From IMG/VR virus record IMGVR_UViG_3300032246_001968, positions 1 to 48,347 of that record: 48,347 bases of DNA. The stretch is one strand, 5' to 3'. The stretch is from a virus (Duplodnaviria; Caudoviricetes). Of the stretch, positions 1 to 9,276 are shown one piece after another. The notes under the pieces were generated by a model. The model worked only from the letters and a program-made list of their open reading frames with translations, was not told the DNA's origin and did no database searches. The first letter of the stretch is position 1, and every line of letters begins with the position of its first letter. Both the position numbers and the translations under genes were made by a program.

Positions 1-462
1 CTTATACCCACCTAATCTAACATTAAAATAAAATTCAAGATAATTATCACTCATTTTATAAAAACCTTTTTGAGTTTTTAGTGGAGATAAATCAACATTA
101 AAAGTATGCCCACCTCTTATTTCAACATGTCTATATTTTGCATTTACCGCCTCAACAATCTCATCATATTTTTCAGGACTGATATAAACTTCATGACAAT
201 ATCCTCCGTTTAAAGTAATATGTAAAGAATATGAAAAACTCTCACCAACATAATTCCACATATTTGAAAGAATATTATGAATATCATGGATAAAAACCTC
301 CGAAACATATGATTGTTTTGGGTTTGGAAGTTTAACATCTACATGAATGTCATAAGCAATTTCATCTTCATTCAACGATACAGATATAAACGTATACTGA
401 AAGGTATTTTCTTTAAATGTTTGCCCTACCAAAATTTTTTTAACTAATTTTTCCGATATCAT
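1..462 (-). CDS. Hypothetical phage protein, 3'-truncated by the window edge
   Basis: Read manually: ATG at 462, MISEKLVKKILVGQTF..., open for 154 codons to base 1; overlaps the end of the upstream ORF. Confidence 0.75.
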   Translation of the reverse strand, partial: MISEKLVKKILVGQTFKENTFQYTFISVSLNEDEIAYDIHVDVKLPNPKQSYVSEVFIHDIHNILSNMWNYVGESFSYSLHITLNGGYCHEVYISPEKYDEIVEAVNAKYRHVEIRGGHTFNVDLSPLKTQKGFYKMSDNYLEFYFNVRLGGYK

Positions 463-1435
463 TTGTGTTACTTAGTAATTTTTGAATAATCTTTTCAGAT
501 TGTTTTGGGTTTAATCTATGTTTGTGTTTGTTAGTTTCAAACCAATCTCTAACTACTTTTTCATATGGTTGTTTTGTTATCTTAGCCTTTCTTTTAAAAC
601 CGGCAATCTGAGCACCAATTTCGTGTGGTTGAGAATAATATTTTGAATGTGATTTTGGCTCTTTGTCCGGTAATTCCTCCCCACGAACATTTTGAATCAT
701 ATGTTCCATTTCATGTCTCAGTTGTTCATTTAATTCACCAACAATATCATATAATATTGAATATTTCACATCAGGATTAATGACTATATCAACCGTTATT
801 ACATCTTCTTCTTTATAGTAAGCACATTCAACATCAAATCTATCAACAACATCACTTTCAATGACCTCTAATTCAATTGTAAATTCCGGTAAATTTGAAA
901 ACTTATAAGTGTCATCCTCAACTCTAATATCTTCAGGTAAAACAAATTCACCATTTCTTTGGAACTTAATTAATTCCAAAATATCTTTAACGATTTTTCT
1001 TACGGCTCCGTCAACTTTAGATTCAACAATTAAACTTTCATTTATTTTAATAGGTTCCACCTCGTTTACCACTTTAGTGAGCATTGCTTCAGGTAATGAA
1101 AAATATTTTAAAAGTTCAGATAATTTTTTTGTCATGACCCACGCAAAATTTCCATAAGCCCCATGGTCAAATGTTTTAATTTCTGCCTCACGACCGAAAT
1201 GAGCACTTAATATTGAATTAAATTTGTCGGACTTTTCGTTTGTCGGTAAAATATATGCTGTGTATAATATGAAGGGTTTAGAATCACCCATTGAAATGAG
1301 GTCTTTTACACCTGTAAGTTTAATCTTAACATTTGTTGGCGCAATAGGTTCCCCTTCCGCATCGAAAAGGTGATACACTTCGAAAGTGTGATTTTCAAAG
1401 AATTTATTGGCTCTATCTAAAACATCATCATACAT
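440..1435 (-). CDS. Hypothetical protein with C-terminal HExxH zincin-like metallopeptidase motif
   Basis: LRHEMEHMIQ plus downstream YYSQPHEIGA; TATTTAT motif at 1441-1447. Confidence 0.6.
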   Translation of the reverse strand: MYDDVLDRANKFFENHTFEVYHLFDAEGEPIAPTNVKIKLTGVKDLISMGDSKPFILYTAYILPTNEKSDKFNSILSAHFGREAEIKTFDHGAYGNFAWVMTKKLSELLKYFSLPEAMLTKVVNEVEPIKINESLIVESKVDGAVRKIVKDILELIKFQRNGEFVLPEDIRVEDDTYKFSNLPEFTIELEVIESDVVDRFDVECAYYKEEDVITVDIVINPDVKYSILYDIVGELNEQLRHEMEHMIQNVRGEELPDKEPKSHSKYYSQPHEIGAQIAGFKRKAKITKQPYEKVVRDWFETNKHKHRLNPKQSEKIIQKLLSNTNDIGKIS

Positions 1436-1875
1436 TACCTATAAATACCTAATGGTATAGATAATCCAACACCCACCCTTAATTCATCAGTATAATTTAT
1501 TCCAACCGCAAAATCAGGACCTCTTGAGGTTTTTAATAATGTTCTGAGAGGATATATTTTTAACCAAACATCAGGTGTATATTCAATTTGGTTGACTGAC
1601 ACGCTTTTAACGAATGCTCCACCCATAATGCTATAAGTGTTTTTTCTATTTGTGAATGACAAACCACCACGATTGATGATTGATGCAGGTGTAGTATAAA
1701 TAAATGGTGCGGGGAATGTGGTGGTATAATATCCACCAAGATACCATCCAATTTGTGAATAACTATTATAGGATGCAACCAAAGTATTTTGGTCGGGTAC
1801 CCACATAACATCAGTGGTTTGACTTTTTACCGAAAGAGACAAAATTAAAAATAATGATAAGACTATTGTTTTCAT
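1435..1875 (-). CDS. Secreted or outer-membrane beta-strand protein
   Basis: Signal peptide MKTIVLSLFLILSLSVKSQ; alternating beta-strand pattern at the C-terminus; TAnnTTTG at 1880-1887. Confidence 0.55.
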   Translation of the reverse strand: MKTIVLSLFLILSLSVKSQTTDVMWVPDQNTLVASYNSYSQIGWYLGGYYTTTFPAPFIYTTPASIINRGGLSFTNRKNTYSIMGGAFVKSVSVNQIEYTPDVWLKIYPLRTLLKTSRGPDFAVGINYTDELRVGVGLSIPLGIYR

Positions 1876-1953
1876 GACACAAATATACTACATTTGTAGA
1901 AGATTACAAAAATGGTTCTAATCTTTTTTGATACGAACGCATATTTATATTAT

Positions 1954-2457
1954 ATGTCGTTAAAAGAAGAAATAGTTAAATTAAAAGAAAAAGGTTATTC
2001 GTATCAACAAATTCAAAAATCTTTAGGTTGTAGTAAATCAACAATTTCATACCATTTAGGTGACAATCAAAAAGAAAAGGCCTATGATAGGGTTAAGAAA
2101 CAAAGAAAATTAAATCCTTGGTTACATAAAACAGAGAAATTCTTACAAGAATATGAAGGTAAAAAAATTACTTATAATCGAAGAGGTGATTTTGATAGGA
2201 AAAAACTAAAAGAGTATTTATCATCTATTGATAAATGTTATTTGACCGGTAGACCAATAGACATTAATGATTTTAACACATATGAGTTCGACCATATAAT
2301 ACCAAGATTATTAGGTGGTGAGAGTTCTTTTGATAATTTAGGGATTGCTCGTCCCGAAGCAAATAGAGCAAAAAATGATTTGACTATAGATGAATTTATT
2401 GGACTTTGTAAAGATGTTTTAATAAATTTTGGATATACAGTTAATAAAGAAAAATAG
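1954..2457 (+). CDS. HTH + HNH endonuclease (homing-endonuclease-like)
   Basis: N-terminal HTH GYSYQQIQKSLGCSKSTISYHL; HNH core CYLTG...FDHIIP...GG...NL...N..K; start reassigned to ATG 1954 after TATTTAT at 1942-1948. Confidence 0.85.
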   Translation: MSLKEEIVKLKEKGYSYQQIQKSLGCSKSTISYHLGDNQKEKAYDRVKKQRKLNPWLHKTEKFLQEYEGKKITYNRRGDFDRKKLKEYLSSIDKCYLTGRPIDINDFNTYEFDHIIPRLLGGESSFDNLGIARPEANRAKNDLTIDEFIGLCKDVLINFGYTVNKEK

Positions 2458-2540
2458 AGAGTTGGCCGAGTGGTTGATGGCACCAGTCTTGAAAACTGGC
2501 AAGTGTAACAGCTTCTGGGGTTCGAATCCCTAACTCTCTG
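2456..2540 (+). tRNA. tRNA-Ser (anticodon TGA)
   Basis: Acceptor AGAGAGT/ACTCTCT, D-arm GCCGAGTGG, anticodon arm CCAGT-CTTGAAA-ACTGG, long variable arm, GGTTCGAATCC, discriminator G; CCA not encoded. Confidence 0.95.
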
Positions 2541-2551
2541 CAAAAATCACT

Positions 2552-2584
2552 AACATTCAGTACAAATACTGAGTGTTTTTTTTT
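2552..2584 (+). terminator. Intrinsic terminator after the tRNA
   Basis: ACATTCAGTA-CAAA-TACTGAGTGT followed by a T-run. Confidence 0.75.
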
Positions 2585-2627
2585 GACTCAAACTTTTATT
2601 TTACCTATATTTTACAAAAAGAAAAAT

Positions 2628-3674
2628 ATGTCTCGTTTAGATGAATTAAAGAAACAATATCCTGAATTAAATGTCACAATGTTTGACATGATGAATAGGT
2701 TAGATACTTCCAAGTCTTACAAGTATCTTCCATTAATGTGTAAAATATTTGGCGGCAAATTTAACCCAAAAAAACTTTGGGGTAAGGTTGCTTACCCAAA
2801 AGGTATGTTGGAAATTCAAACAATTTTAATTAATAAAGGAATTTCAACTAATGAACTTAACGATGGTGAGATGTATTATATGGCAAATTATCTTGCAGAA
2901 CATTTCAGTAGTGACACCTACACTACCCTAAAAGAGTTTATGGATTATATGGATAAAGGTCACATTGAAAATAAGGACGTATCGACCTATAAAGACCTTG
3001 ATGATGTTAGAGGTGCAGTAACCTTAGCTTCAATGAAGGAATTAACTAAAGACCTTGAGGGTCAGGTTATTAAAGAATATGAAGATGAAAGGTGGGTTAT
3101 TGTTAGACCTTTAACATTTTCAGCGTCCGCAAAATATGGCGCATCAACAAGATGGTGTACAACATATCAAAAAGAAAAAAACTATTTTGAGAAATATTGG
3201 AGAAGAGGTATTTTAGTTTACTTCATCAATAAACAGACGGGTTATAAATTTGCAGGGTATAAAGGGTTAGAAGGTGATTCAGAATTTAGTTTTTGGAACG
3301 CCGAGGATTACAGAACAGACTATCTTGAGATTGAAGCTGATGATTATTTATTCCCACTTGTTAGAAGAATTTTCAAATCAGAGCTAACAAATAAGAATTT
3401 ATGTTCTGACGAAATTCAAGAACAGGTTCATACCGAATGTTTAACTGGATATGAAAAAATGAGACTTGAATTTGTTAATGAACAAGTAATGGTGGAACCA
3501 GATGAAACAATTCCACTTGATGAACAACCAGAGCCCCCCACCCCTAATTATCAAAGAGAAATGAATATGTTAAGGGAATTACTTAATGAGACGGATACTG
3601 AAATTGCTCAAGTTGAAACACAAATCAGAGAATTACGACCTGAAATTACTCGTGTTCCAACAATGAGAGCCTAA
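2628..3674 (+). CDS. Conserved large-phage hypothetical protein (YG..T.WC motif)
   Basis: ASAKYGASTRWCTT...YF..Y...G.L.YFI motif; ATG at 2628. Confidence 0.7.
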   Translation: MSRLDELKKQYPELNVTMFDMMNRLDTSKSYKYLPLMCKIFGGKFNPKKLWGKVAYPKGMLEIQTILINKGISTNELNDGEMYYMANYLAEHFSSDTYTTLKEFMDYMDKGHIENKDVSTYKDLDDVRGAVTLASMKELTKDLEGQVIKEYEDERWVIVRPLTFSASAKYGASTRWCTTYQKEKNYFEKYWRRGILVYFINKQTGYKFAGYKGLEGDSEFSFWNAEDYRTDYLEIEADDYLFPLVRRIFKSELTNKNLCSDEIQEQVHTECLTGYEKMRLEFVNEQVMVEPDETIPLDEQPEPPTPNYQREMNMLRELLNETDTEIAQVETQIRELRPEITRVPTMRA

Positions 3675-3679
3675 ATTAT

Positions 3680-3705
3680 AAACCCACCTTCATGGTGGGT
3701 TTTTT
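3680..3705. terminator. Intrinsic terminator
   Basis: AAACCCACC-TTCAT-GGTGGGTTT plus T-run. Confidence 0.85.
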
Positions 3706-3733
3706 ATTATGATATACAAAGTATTTATATTGA

Positions 3734-4504
3734 ATGGATAATAGATTACAAGAAATATTTGACAAGTATAACGTTACTGAAAAGAACAATTCTTTAGGTA
3801 ACTTAAAAAAACTTGAAAAAACAATATCTGAACTTCAAAAGTTAGATAAGGTATTACTATTAACATGCTCAAACAGATATAATTGGGACCCAAATGATAT
3901 GGATATACCTAAGTCCACAATCCTTGCGATGGTCATCAACGAATATCTAAACGACAAATCAGTTTTAATTGATGTTCCTGAATTACATATTACTCCTTGT
4001 GAGGGAAACGTATCAAGAAAAGATGGTAACTCTTGTGGATTAATGAAAGCCAAATTAAAAGATAAAGATAAAAATCCCACAGGATATCATAGATGTTGGG
4101 CAAGTCTAAATGATAAAGATGATGAACTTTGGAAAATATCCAAAGAGTTATTTGAATCAAATGCCGTTATATTTTTTACTTCTGTAAGGTGGGGTCAAGC
4201 CAGCATGTTCTATCAAAAATTAATTGAAAGATTGACTTGGATTGAGAACAGACACGAAACTTTAGGTGAATCAAATATTATCGAGGGTATCCAAAGTGGA
4301 TTTATTTGTACAGGACAAAACTGGAAAGGTATGGATGTTGTTGACACTCAAAAAAGAGTTCACACATTCTATGGTTTTAAACCTAATGATAAATTTTATT
4401 GGAACTGGCAATTTACAAATAAGGTTACAGATGAAACTGAAAAATCTTATGAAGAAGCGTTTCCTACTTTTGTAAAGAAATTTGACTTAAATAATTTGTA
4501 TTAA
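3734..4504 (+). CDS. Flavodoxin-fold, NAD(P)H-dependent FMN reductase-like protein
   Basis: LLLTCSNR, ITPCEG..C...C..., DDEL..I...L.ESNAVIFFTSVRWG...QKLIERL pattern typical of multimeric flavodoxin/FMN_red proteins. Confidence 0.7.
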   Translation: MDNRLQEIFDKYNVTEKNNSLGNLKKLEKTISELQKLDKVLLLTCSNRYNWDPNDMDIPKSTILAMVINEYLNDKSVLIDVPELHITPCEGNVSRKDGNSCGLMKAKLKDKDKNPTGYHRCWASLNDKDDELWKISKELFESNAVIFFTSVRWGQASMFYQKLIERLTWIENRHETLGESNIIEGIQSGFICTGQNWKGMDVVDTQKRVHTFYGFKPNDKFYWNWQFTNKVTDETEKSYEEAFPTFVKKFDLNNLY

Positions 4505-4572
4505 AATTATTATGCCAAACAAATTTCAAAAATAGAATTTGTTCGGCATTCAAGAATTTGTTTGGCATGGAA

Positions 4573-5115
4573 TTATCCATTCTGAGATGAAAGTCCTAAT
4601 TGTTTTGCGTATCTACCAACATTACAAGACCAATATCCTGCAGTTGTTCTGTCCATTTTCTGAGAACAGTTGCGACTTTCTTTCAATAATAAATTAGAGT
4701 TATTAAAAATTACTTTCTTAATTCCTTCTGTTTTACTTTTAGTATAAACTGCGAATTTCTTGGGTCTTCCTGAAGTTTTACCTTCAGATAAAACATCTTC
4801 TTCAGTTTCATAGATATAAGGAGCATCTAAATAAACATACTCCTTACCAATTTTAACTTTAATACCTAAATCAGATTCAACCATTAGGATATCGTTTTCG
4901 TTAAGTTCAATTTTACCTTCTTTCCACAAATCTCTAACTTCATTAATTAAATCAAAATACCCTTCAGAATAAAACAAAAATACATTTTCACTTAAGGTCA
5001 TTTCATTATCAATATGATATTGTAATGCGTTTGAAATTTTAACATCTTCTTTTAATATCAAAGATTTATCTAGTTCTTGTTCCAAAGCCTCTTTGATTAA
5101 TTTACGTAAACCCAT
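4573..5115 (-). CDS. Phage protein with leader MGLRKLIKE and a shortened C-terminal YWSC domain
   Basis: KKFAVYTK...KKVIF...C...TAGYWSC resembles the C-terminus of 42474-43211. Confidence 0.7.
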   Translation of the reverse strand: MGLRKLIKEALEQELDKSLILKEDVKISNALQYHIDNEMTLSENVFLFYSEGYFDLINEVRDLWKEGKIELNENDILMVESDLGIKVKIGKEYVYLDAPYIYETEEDVLSEGKTSGRPKKFAVYTKSKTEGIKKVIFNNSNLLLKESRNCSQKMDRTTAGYWSCNVGRYAKQLGLSSQNG

Positions 5116-5138
5116 AAAGGTATTTTAATATAAATACT

Positions 5139-5765
5139 CTAATTTTTTTTAACTTTTATCTTCCAATAAACCCCACCACTAAGAAAAGGTCTAAATTCAC
5201 CTGAAATACCGTCAACCGTTCTATTAGCAACACCCGCACCGATTTGATATAGGTGGTCTTTTTTTGTTTTAAGTATTAATCCCATTCCTAATGAGTTCAC
5301 CCAATCTTCTCTACTTATTGCTCCGTTAATACCGAAGAATACTTGGTTTTTGATTGGTGGTGGTTCAGGTGCGGGTTCTCTCACTATCTTAGATTTAATT
5401 GTTGCCGACCATTTTCTTGAGGCAATTTTGTTTTCAGATACATCCTGATTCAAATATACAAAGCCTTGGTTGTTATTCAACTTTATTGTGTCAATAAATG
5501 AATTGGTAACATAATAATTCTGTAAGATTGCAGCTGTATCGACTTGTACGTATGTTGGGACATATATTGTTGTATCGTGATAGATATCATCTCCTTTTAC
5601 TTCGTATGGTACTTCAACTTCCACAGGAATTGTATCGTGAATTGGTTCCGATGGAACTTCTTTAATTACTTCTTTTATTTTTGGTTTGTTGTCTGATTGT
5701 AATAGAACCAATGTTATTATCAAACCTAAAATTATAAAATGTCTTACATCTAATATCTTTTTCAT
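5139..5765 (-). CDS. Membrane-anchored envelope protein
   Basis: N-terminal hydrophobic anchor, repeated HDT/VDT/IDT motifs, C-terminal beta strands (GGVYWKI). Confidence 0.6.
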   Translation of the reverse strand: MKKILDVRHFIILGLIITLVLLQSDNKPKIKEVIKEVPSEPIHDTIPVEVEVPYEVKGDDIYHDTTIYVPTYVQVDTAAILQNYYVTNSFIDTIKLNNNQGFVYLNQDVSENKIASRKWSATIKSKIVREPAPEPPPIKNQVFFGINGAISREDWVNSLGMGLILKTKKDHLYQIGAGVANRTVDGISGEFRPFLSGGVYWKIKVKKN

Positions 5766-5769
5766 AGTG

Positions 5770-7041
5770 TTAAAGCATTACTCTTGAACCTATCAAGAAA
5801 TTACTAAGTAATGGTGCTCCTTTTTGAGTAGAACCTGAGAGTTTGTAGTTAAAACTAAACCCAAATCTCTTACTTATTTTATAGTCAAACGACGACCCAG
5901 CCAAAAATCCAAATTGTCTACTAACCGTTGTTTCTCCTGTTTTTGAATTCCAACTTATCGGTGAATTCATTAAGAATACCTGTGGGGATAGGGTAATCTT
6001 CTTATTATAGGGATATGGTTTTGTCCAAAACGCAACTACCGATGTTGAAAAGGATGTGTTGAATATCTCTTTTGTTTCACCAGTTTTATTGTTTATTATT
6101 TTAGTGTCTTTTAACAACAAAGTTATGGCTCCTAAATTATAACCATAGCTACCAAATTTAGGGTGTGGTTTGATATAGGTATAACCAACAAGACTCATAT
6201 AGTTTCCTTCCAAATACGCCCCTGTTAGGGAGTATGAGTGGATTGCTTTAAGTTGTCCCTTATTAAAATCCATTTTGGTATATCCACCACTTAGAGCAAA
6301 TTGTTTTAATGTACTCCATATTAGTGCTGTTGCACCCCAGCTCTCGTTACCAGCCATTGACGATTTACTTACACCAAAAGATACTATCGCACTGTATTTA
6401 AAGTCAGGTCCTTGAGCTGTTGTTAAGTCGGAAGCGACCAACATTGGGTTTGTTGCAACAGACTTTTTCTTTTCTTCTTTTTTATCGTTCTTTTTTTCTT
6501 CTTTTTTTTCGTCAGATTTCTTTTCATCGCTTTTATTTTCAGATTTTGATTCTGAACTGCTTTCTGAACTTCCAGAACCACCTTCTGATGATGAGGATTC
6601 CCCAGATGATGAGGATGATTGGGAGGAAGAAGAACTGGAAGCTGAGGACGATGAAGCACTCGAAGCCGATGATGATGCCGCCCCAGCAGCACCTGAACTT
6701 GCGGCCGATGCCGCTGCAGAACTTGCTGCTGAAGATGCCGCCGCGGACGCCGCTTGAGACACCGCCGCTGTTACTGTTTGTTGAACTACTAAACTCGATG
6801 GACATGGTGCTGCAAATATAGTTTTTATCCATTGGTCAACTTCACCACTTGTAAATTGTGCGTAAGTGAAAACTTTGGATTTACCTCTGATGATAACTGT
6901 AACACCACTATTATTACTAATGGGAATAGTTACAACATAGGTCTTTAAATCACATGGGTCTATGTATGTTTGCGTAACAACTTGTCCTGAACCTTTCAGA
7001 AAAAAAAGTAAAAACAAACATACACCAATCCATTTTTTCAT
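5770..7041 (-). CDS. Putative outer-membrane beta-barrel with Ser/Ala-rich and charged linker
   Basis: Signal peptide, small N-terminal domain with 2 Cys, long S/A tract, K/E tract, C-terminal amphipathic strands (FDYKISKRFGFSFNY...IGSRVML). Confidence 0.65.
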   Translation of the reverse strand: MKKWIGVCLFLLFFLKGSGQVVTQTYIDPCDLKTYVVTIPISNNSGVTVIIRGKSKVFTYAQFTSGEVDQWIKTIFAAPCPSSLVVQQTVTAAVSQAASAAASSAASSAAASAASSGAAGAASSSASSASSSSASSSSSSQSSSSSGESSSSEGGSGSSESSSESKSENKSDEKKSDEKKEEKKNDKKEEKKKSVATNPMLVASDLTTAQGPDFKYSAIVSFGVSKSSMAGNESWGATALIWSTLKQFALSGGYTKMDFNKGQLKAIHSYSLTGAYLEGNYMSLVGYTYIKPHPKFGSYGYNLGAITLLLKDTKIINNKTGETKEIFNTSFSTSVVAFWTKPYPYNKKITLSPQVFLMNSPISWNSKTGETTVSRQFGFLAGSSFDYKISKRFGFSFNYKLSGSTQKGAPLLSNFLIGSRVML

Positions 7042-7760
7042 TATTTAGTGAATATTCCTTTTTTAACCATCTTATCCAAGATATTAGCACATGCAATATC
7101 AAGAGCTTTCTTAGTTGAGATGCTAATTGTAGATTGGTTGAATTTAACAGGGTCGACAGTTGCGTCCGTCAAGAAAGTTAGTTCTCTTGTTGTTTTTGCT
7201 TCACCTAAACCAGATGCCGCAATGATTGCTCCTGTTTCTGCATTTGTGAATCTAACTTGTAAACCAATACGAGTTACCAACATATTTTTGACACCATCTT
7301 TTAAGTTTACTGTTTCATCTTCACTAACGGAGTAGTCATAACACTCAATTTCCACAAAATAATGTGCCAATTTAATTTTACCTCTACCATCTAATTTGTT
7401 CTCTGATATTCCTGCTTGAGATGCTTGGAATTGTTTAACCATTCTGTTTTTAATTTCTGTTTTATCTTCAGTAAATTCAAAACGATTTAAATTATCAAGA
7501 TATTCTAATACGATATTTGTAACACCCAAACCAACTCTTTTTTCTTTTAGTTCAGGATACATTTCATACATCTCATCATTAATACCACACTTTAATAATT
7601 GGATGTTCTTTTTTGGACCATCGTAATCTAAGAATTGTGAAATATCTTTTTTGATTTCAAATGATGCTTTATAATCCTCGGTTTTAGTTTTACCTATTGT
7701 TTGAGAATACGATGACAAGCACAGTAATGCTGCCCCTAAAACAAAAATTACTTTTTTCAT
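7041..7760 (-). CDS. CsgG/HfaB-like (curli assembly/transport-like) protein
   Basis: Signal peptide; L...NRFEFTE...; IGLQVRFTNAETGAIIAASGLGEA; KKALD.A helix match the CsgG family layout. Confidence 0.75.
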   Translation of the reverse strand: MKKVIFVLGAALLCLSSYSQTIGKTKTEDYKASFEIKKDISQFLDYDGPKKNIQLLKCGINDEMYEMYPELKEKRVGLGVTNIVLEYLDNLNRFEFTEDKTEIKNRMVKQFQASQAGISENKLDGRGKIKLAHYFVEIECYDYSVSEDETVNLKDGVKNMLVTRIGLQVRFTNAETGAIIAASGLGEAKTTRELTFLTDATVDPVKFNQSTISISTKKALDIACANILDKMVKKGIFTK

Positions 7761-7767
7761 AGTTTAA

Positions 7768-7992
7768 TTATTTTTTAGGTCCTTCGTACCAAATGTTATC
7801 TGGGTCATTTTTAAATGTACCATCGAATTTCCAAGTAAGGTAATTACCTACTTTTGTTGCTAACTCAGGTTTAACATAATAAGTTACTAACATAAAGATT
7901 TGAAAACATAATGCGAACATAGTCCATGCGAAAACTAATTTCACAAAACCTAACATAACGTTTTCTTTAATCTTATTTAATGATATTGTCAT
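7768..7992 (-). CDS. Small membrane protein
   Basis: One long hydrophobic segment; in operon context. Confidence 0.6.
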   Translation of the reverse strand: MTISLNKIKENVMLGFVKLVFAWTMFALCFQIFMLVTYYVKPELATKVGNYLTWKFDGTFKNDPDNIWYEGPKK

Positions 7993-8012
7993 AAAATTAT
8001 TTTTAATTTAGT

Positions 8013-8555
8013 TTATTCTATGTCTTTGATTTTACCACAAATCAAACACTCTTCATCACCGTCTCCGTCTGAGTCACCCCACACATGTTGACAGTTTCTA
8101 TGGTCGAAATATTCATCAATAACACCATCACCATCATTATCAATCCCGTCCATTACTCCATCACCATCTTCGTCTATTTCAACGCTTTTAGCTATGGTAT
8201 CAGGTACGGTATTAACTATGGTACTTGGTAACGGAGTTTTAGGTCCTCCAGCACCTGTGTCTGATAGAGATATTCCGTCTTCTTCATCCATTTTTTGGAC
8301 TAACATTTTATCTTTATCTTGGTCACTAAACCAGTAGTCTATTATTTTACCATAACTTCCAATAAATGCTCCCAACAATAAAAGTAATAGTTCTTTCCAC
8401 TCACCCGACATTGGAGTCTTACCCAAAATCGCAGCAAATATTGCAAGGATTGTACCAAAAAAGGTGAATAATACGATGGCCGTAATAAACCATCTTCGTT
8501 TCATTACCGAAAATAATAAATCTTTAAATCCTGTTTGTTGTTGATTATTACTCAT
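8013..8555 (-). CDS. Two-TM membrane protein with DxDGDG Ca-binding repeats and a C-terminal Cys/His cluster
   Basis: Start MSNNQQQ at 8555; two TM helices; DEDGDG, DNDGDG, DSDGDG; CQH...CLIC. Confidence 0.7.
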   Translation of the reverse strand: MSNNQQQTGFKDLLFSVMKRRWFITAIVLFTFFGTILAIFAAILGKTPMSGEWKELLLLLLGAFIGSYGKIIDYWFSDQDKDKMLVQKMDEEDGISLSDTGAGGPKTPLPSTIVNTVPDTIAKSVEIDEDGDGVMDGIDNDGDGVIDEYFDHRNCQHVWGDSDGDGDEECLICGKIKDIE

Positions 8556-8559
8556 AAAA

Positions 8560-8883
8560 TTACCATTTAGGTGCTTCCTCTTTGAATTCGTCACCCTCTT
8601 TTTTAGGTTTTGGTTTAGGTGCTGGTGCTGGATTTGATGATTTAGTCCCATTTCCACCACCTCCGTTAACAATTACAGTCTTACCTGCTGATTGTTGTTG
8701 AGTGTTGTTAATATTAATAACAGGACTCGTTGCCACTGGTGTATCTTTTTTTTCCTCACTACCTCCTGTTAATTTTGTTGTAAACCAACCACCTACACCT
8801 AATGTGATTGTACTTACTAAACCGATAAGTATGTTCTTAATTGAACCACCGGTACTTTCTGATTTTTCTACTTCTTCTGACAT
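8560..8883 (-). CDS. Single-TM protein with low-complexity tail
   Basis: TM ILIGLVSTITLGVGGWF; PVININN, poly-Q, PKPKPK. Confidence 0.7.
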   Translation of the reverse strand: MSEEVEKSESTGGSIKNILIGLVSTITLGVGGWFTTKLTGGSEEKKDTPVATSPVININNTQQQSAGKTVIVNGGGGNGTKSSNPAPAPKPKPKKEGDEFKEEAPKW

Positions 8884-8902
8884 TTTTTTTATTTTTTATT
8901 TT

Positions 8903-9274
8903 TTATTTTATTACGATTGGATATTTTACTTCCTTACCGCTGATGTCTATGAACACCAAGTCATAGTCTTTTTTTGATAATTCTGATAAATCGTATACTT
9001 TCTTTGTAATAGTTTCAGTTGCAGTAAATCCTTCTTTCTTTGAAGGTATTTCACTTCCAAAAGGTATTATTTGTACTGAATACTTTGCGCCTATTGTTGT
9101 TTCAAATTCAGCTGTTACAATATTACCTGTTTGAGCAATCGATTTAATTGCCGTTGATGTTGAGGTAGTACCTAAATCAATAAATTGTGGTTGTTGTAAA
9201 ACCGTTTTTTTACAACTCAAAGCTAAAAGGGCAACTAAAAACCCTAAACCTAATATTCTATCTATTCTTTTCAT
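8903..9274 (-). CDS. Lipoprotein with an Ig-like fold resembling a T9SS C-terminal domain
   Basis: Lipobox LALSC; C-terminus YDLSELSKKDYDLVF...KYPIVIK. Confidence 0.6.
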   Translation of the reverse strand: MKRIDRILGLGFLVALLALSCKKTVLQQPQFIDLGTTSTSTAIKSIAQTGNIVTAEFETTIGAKYSVQIIPFGSEIPSKKEGFTATETITKKVYDLSELSKKDYDLVFIDISGKEVKYPIVIK

Positions 9275-9276
9275 AA

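Noticed and set aside
2456-2540. Opal suppressor or selenocysteine tRNA
   Set aside because: Anticodon TGA reads the Ser codon UCA; a suppressor or Sec tRNA would have anticodon TCA
2238-2543. 101-aa minus-strand ORF
   Set aside because: Antisense shadow of the tRNA-Ser and HNH genes (RDSNPR is a typical tRNA antisense translation)
6420-6832. Three overlapping alternative ORFs
   Set aside because: By-products of the low-complexity Ser/Ala/Lys/Glu linker of the 5770-7041 gene
7041-7760. Complete curli (csg) system
   Set aside because: No curlin-repeat CsgA/CsgB or recognisable CsgE/CsgF, so the gene symbol is withheld
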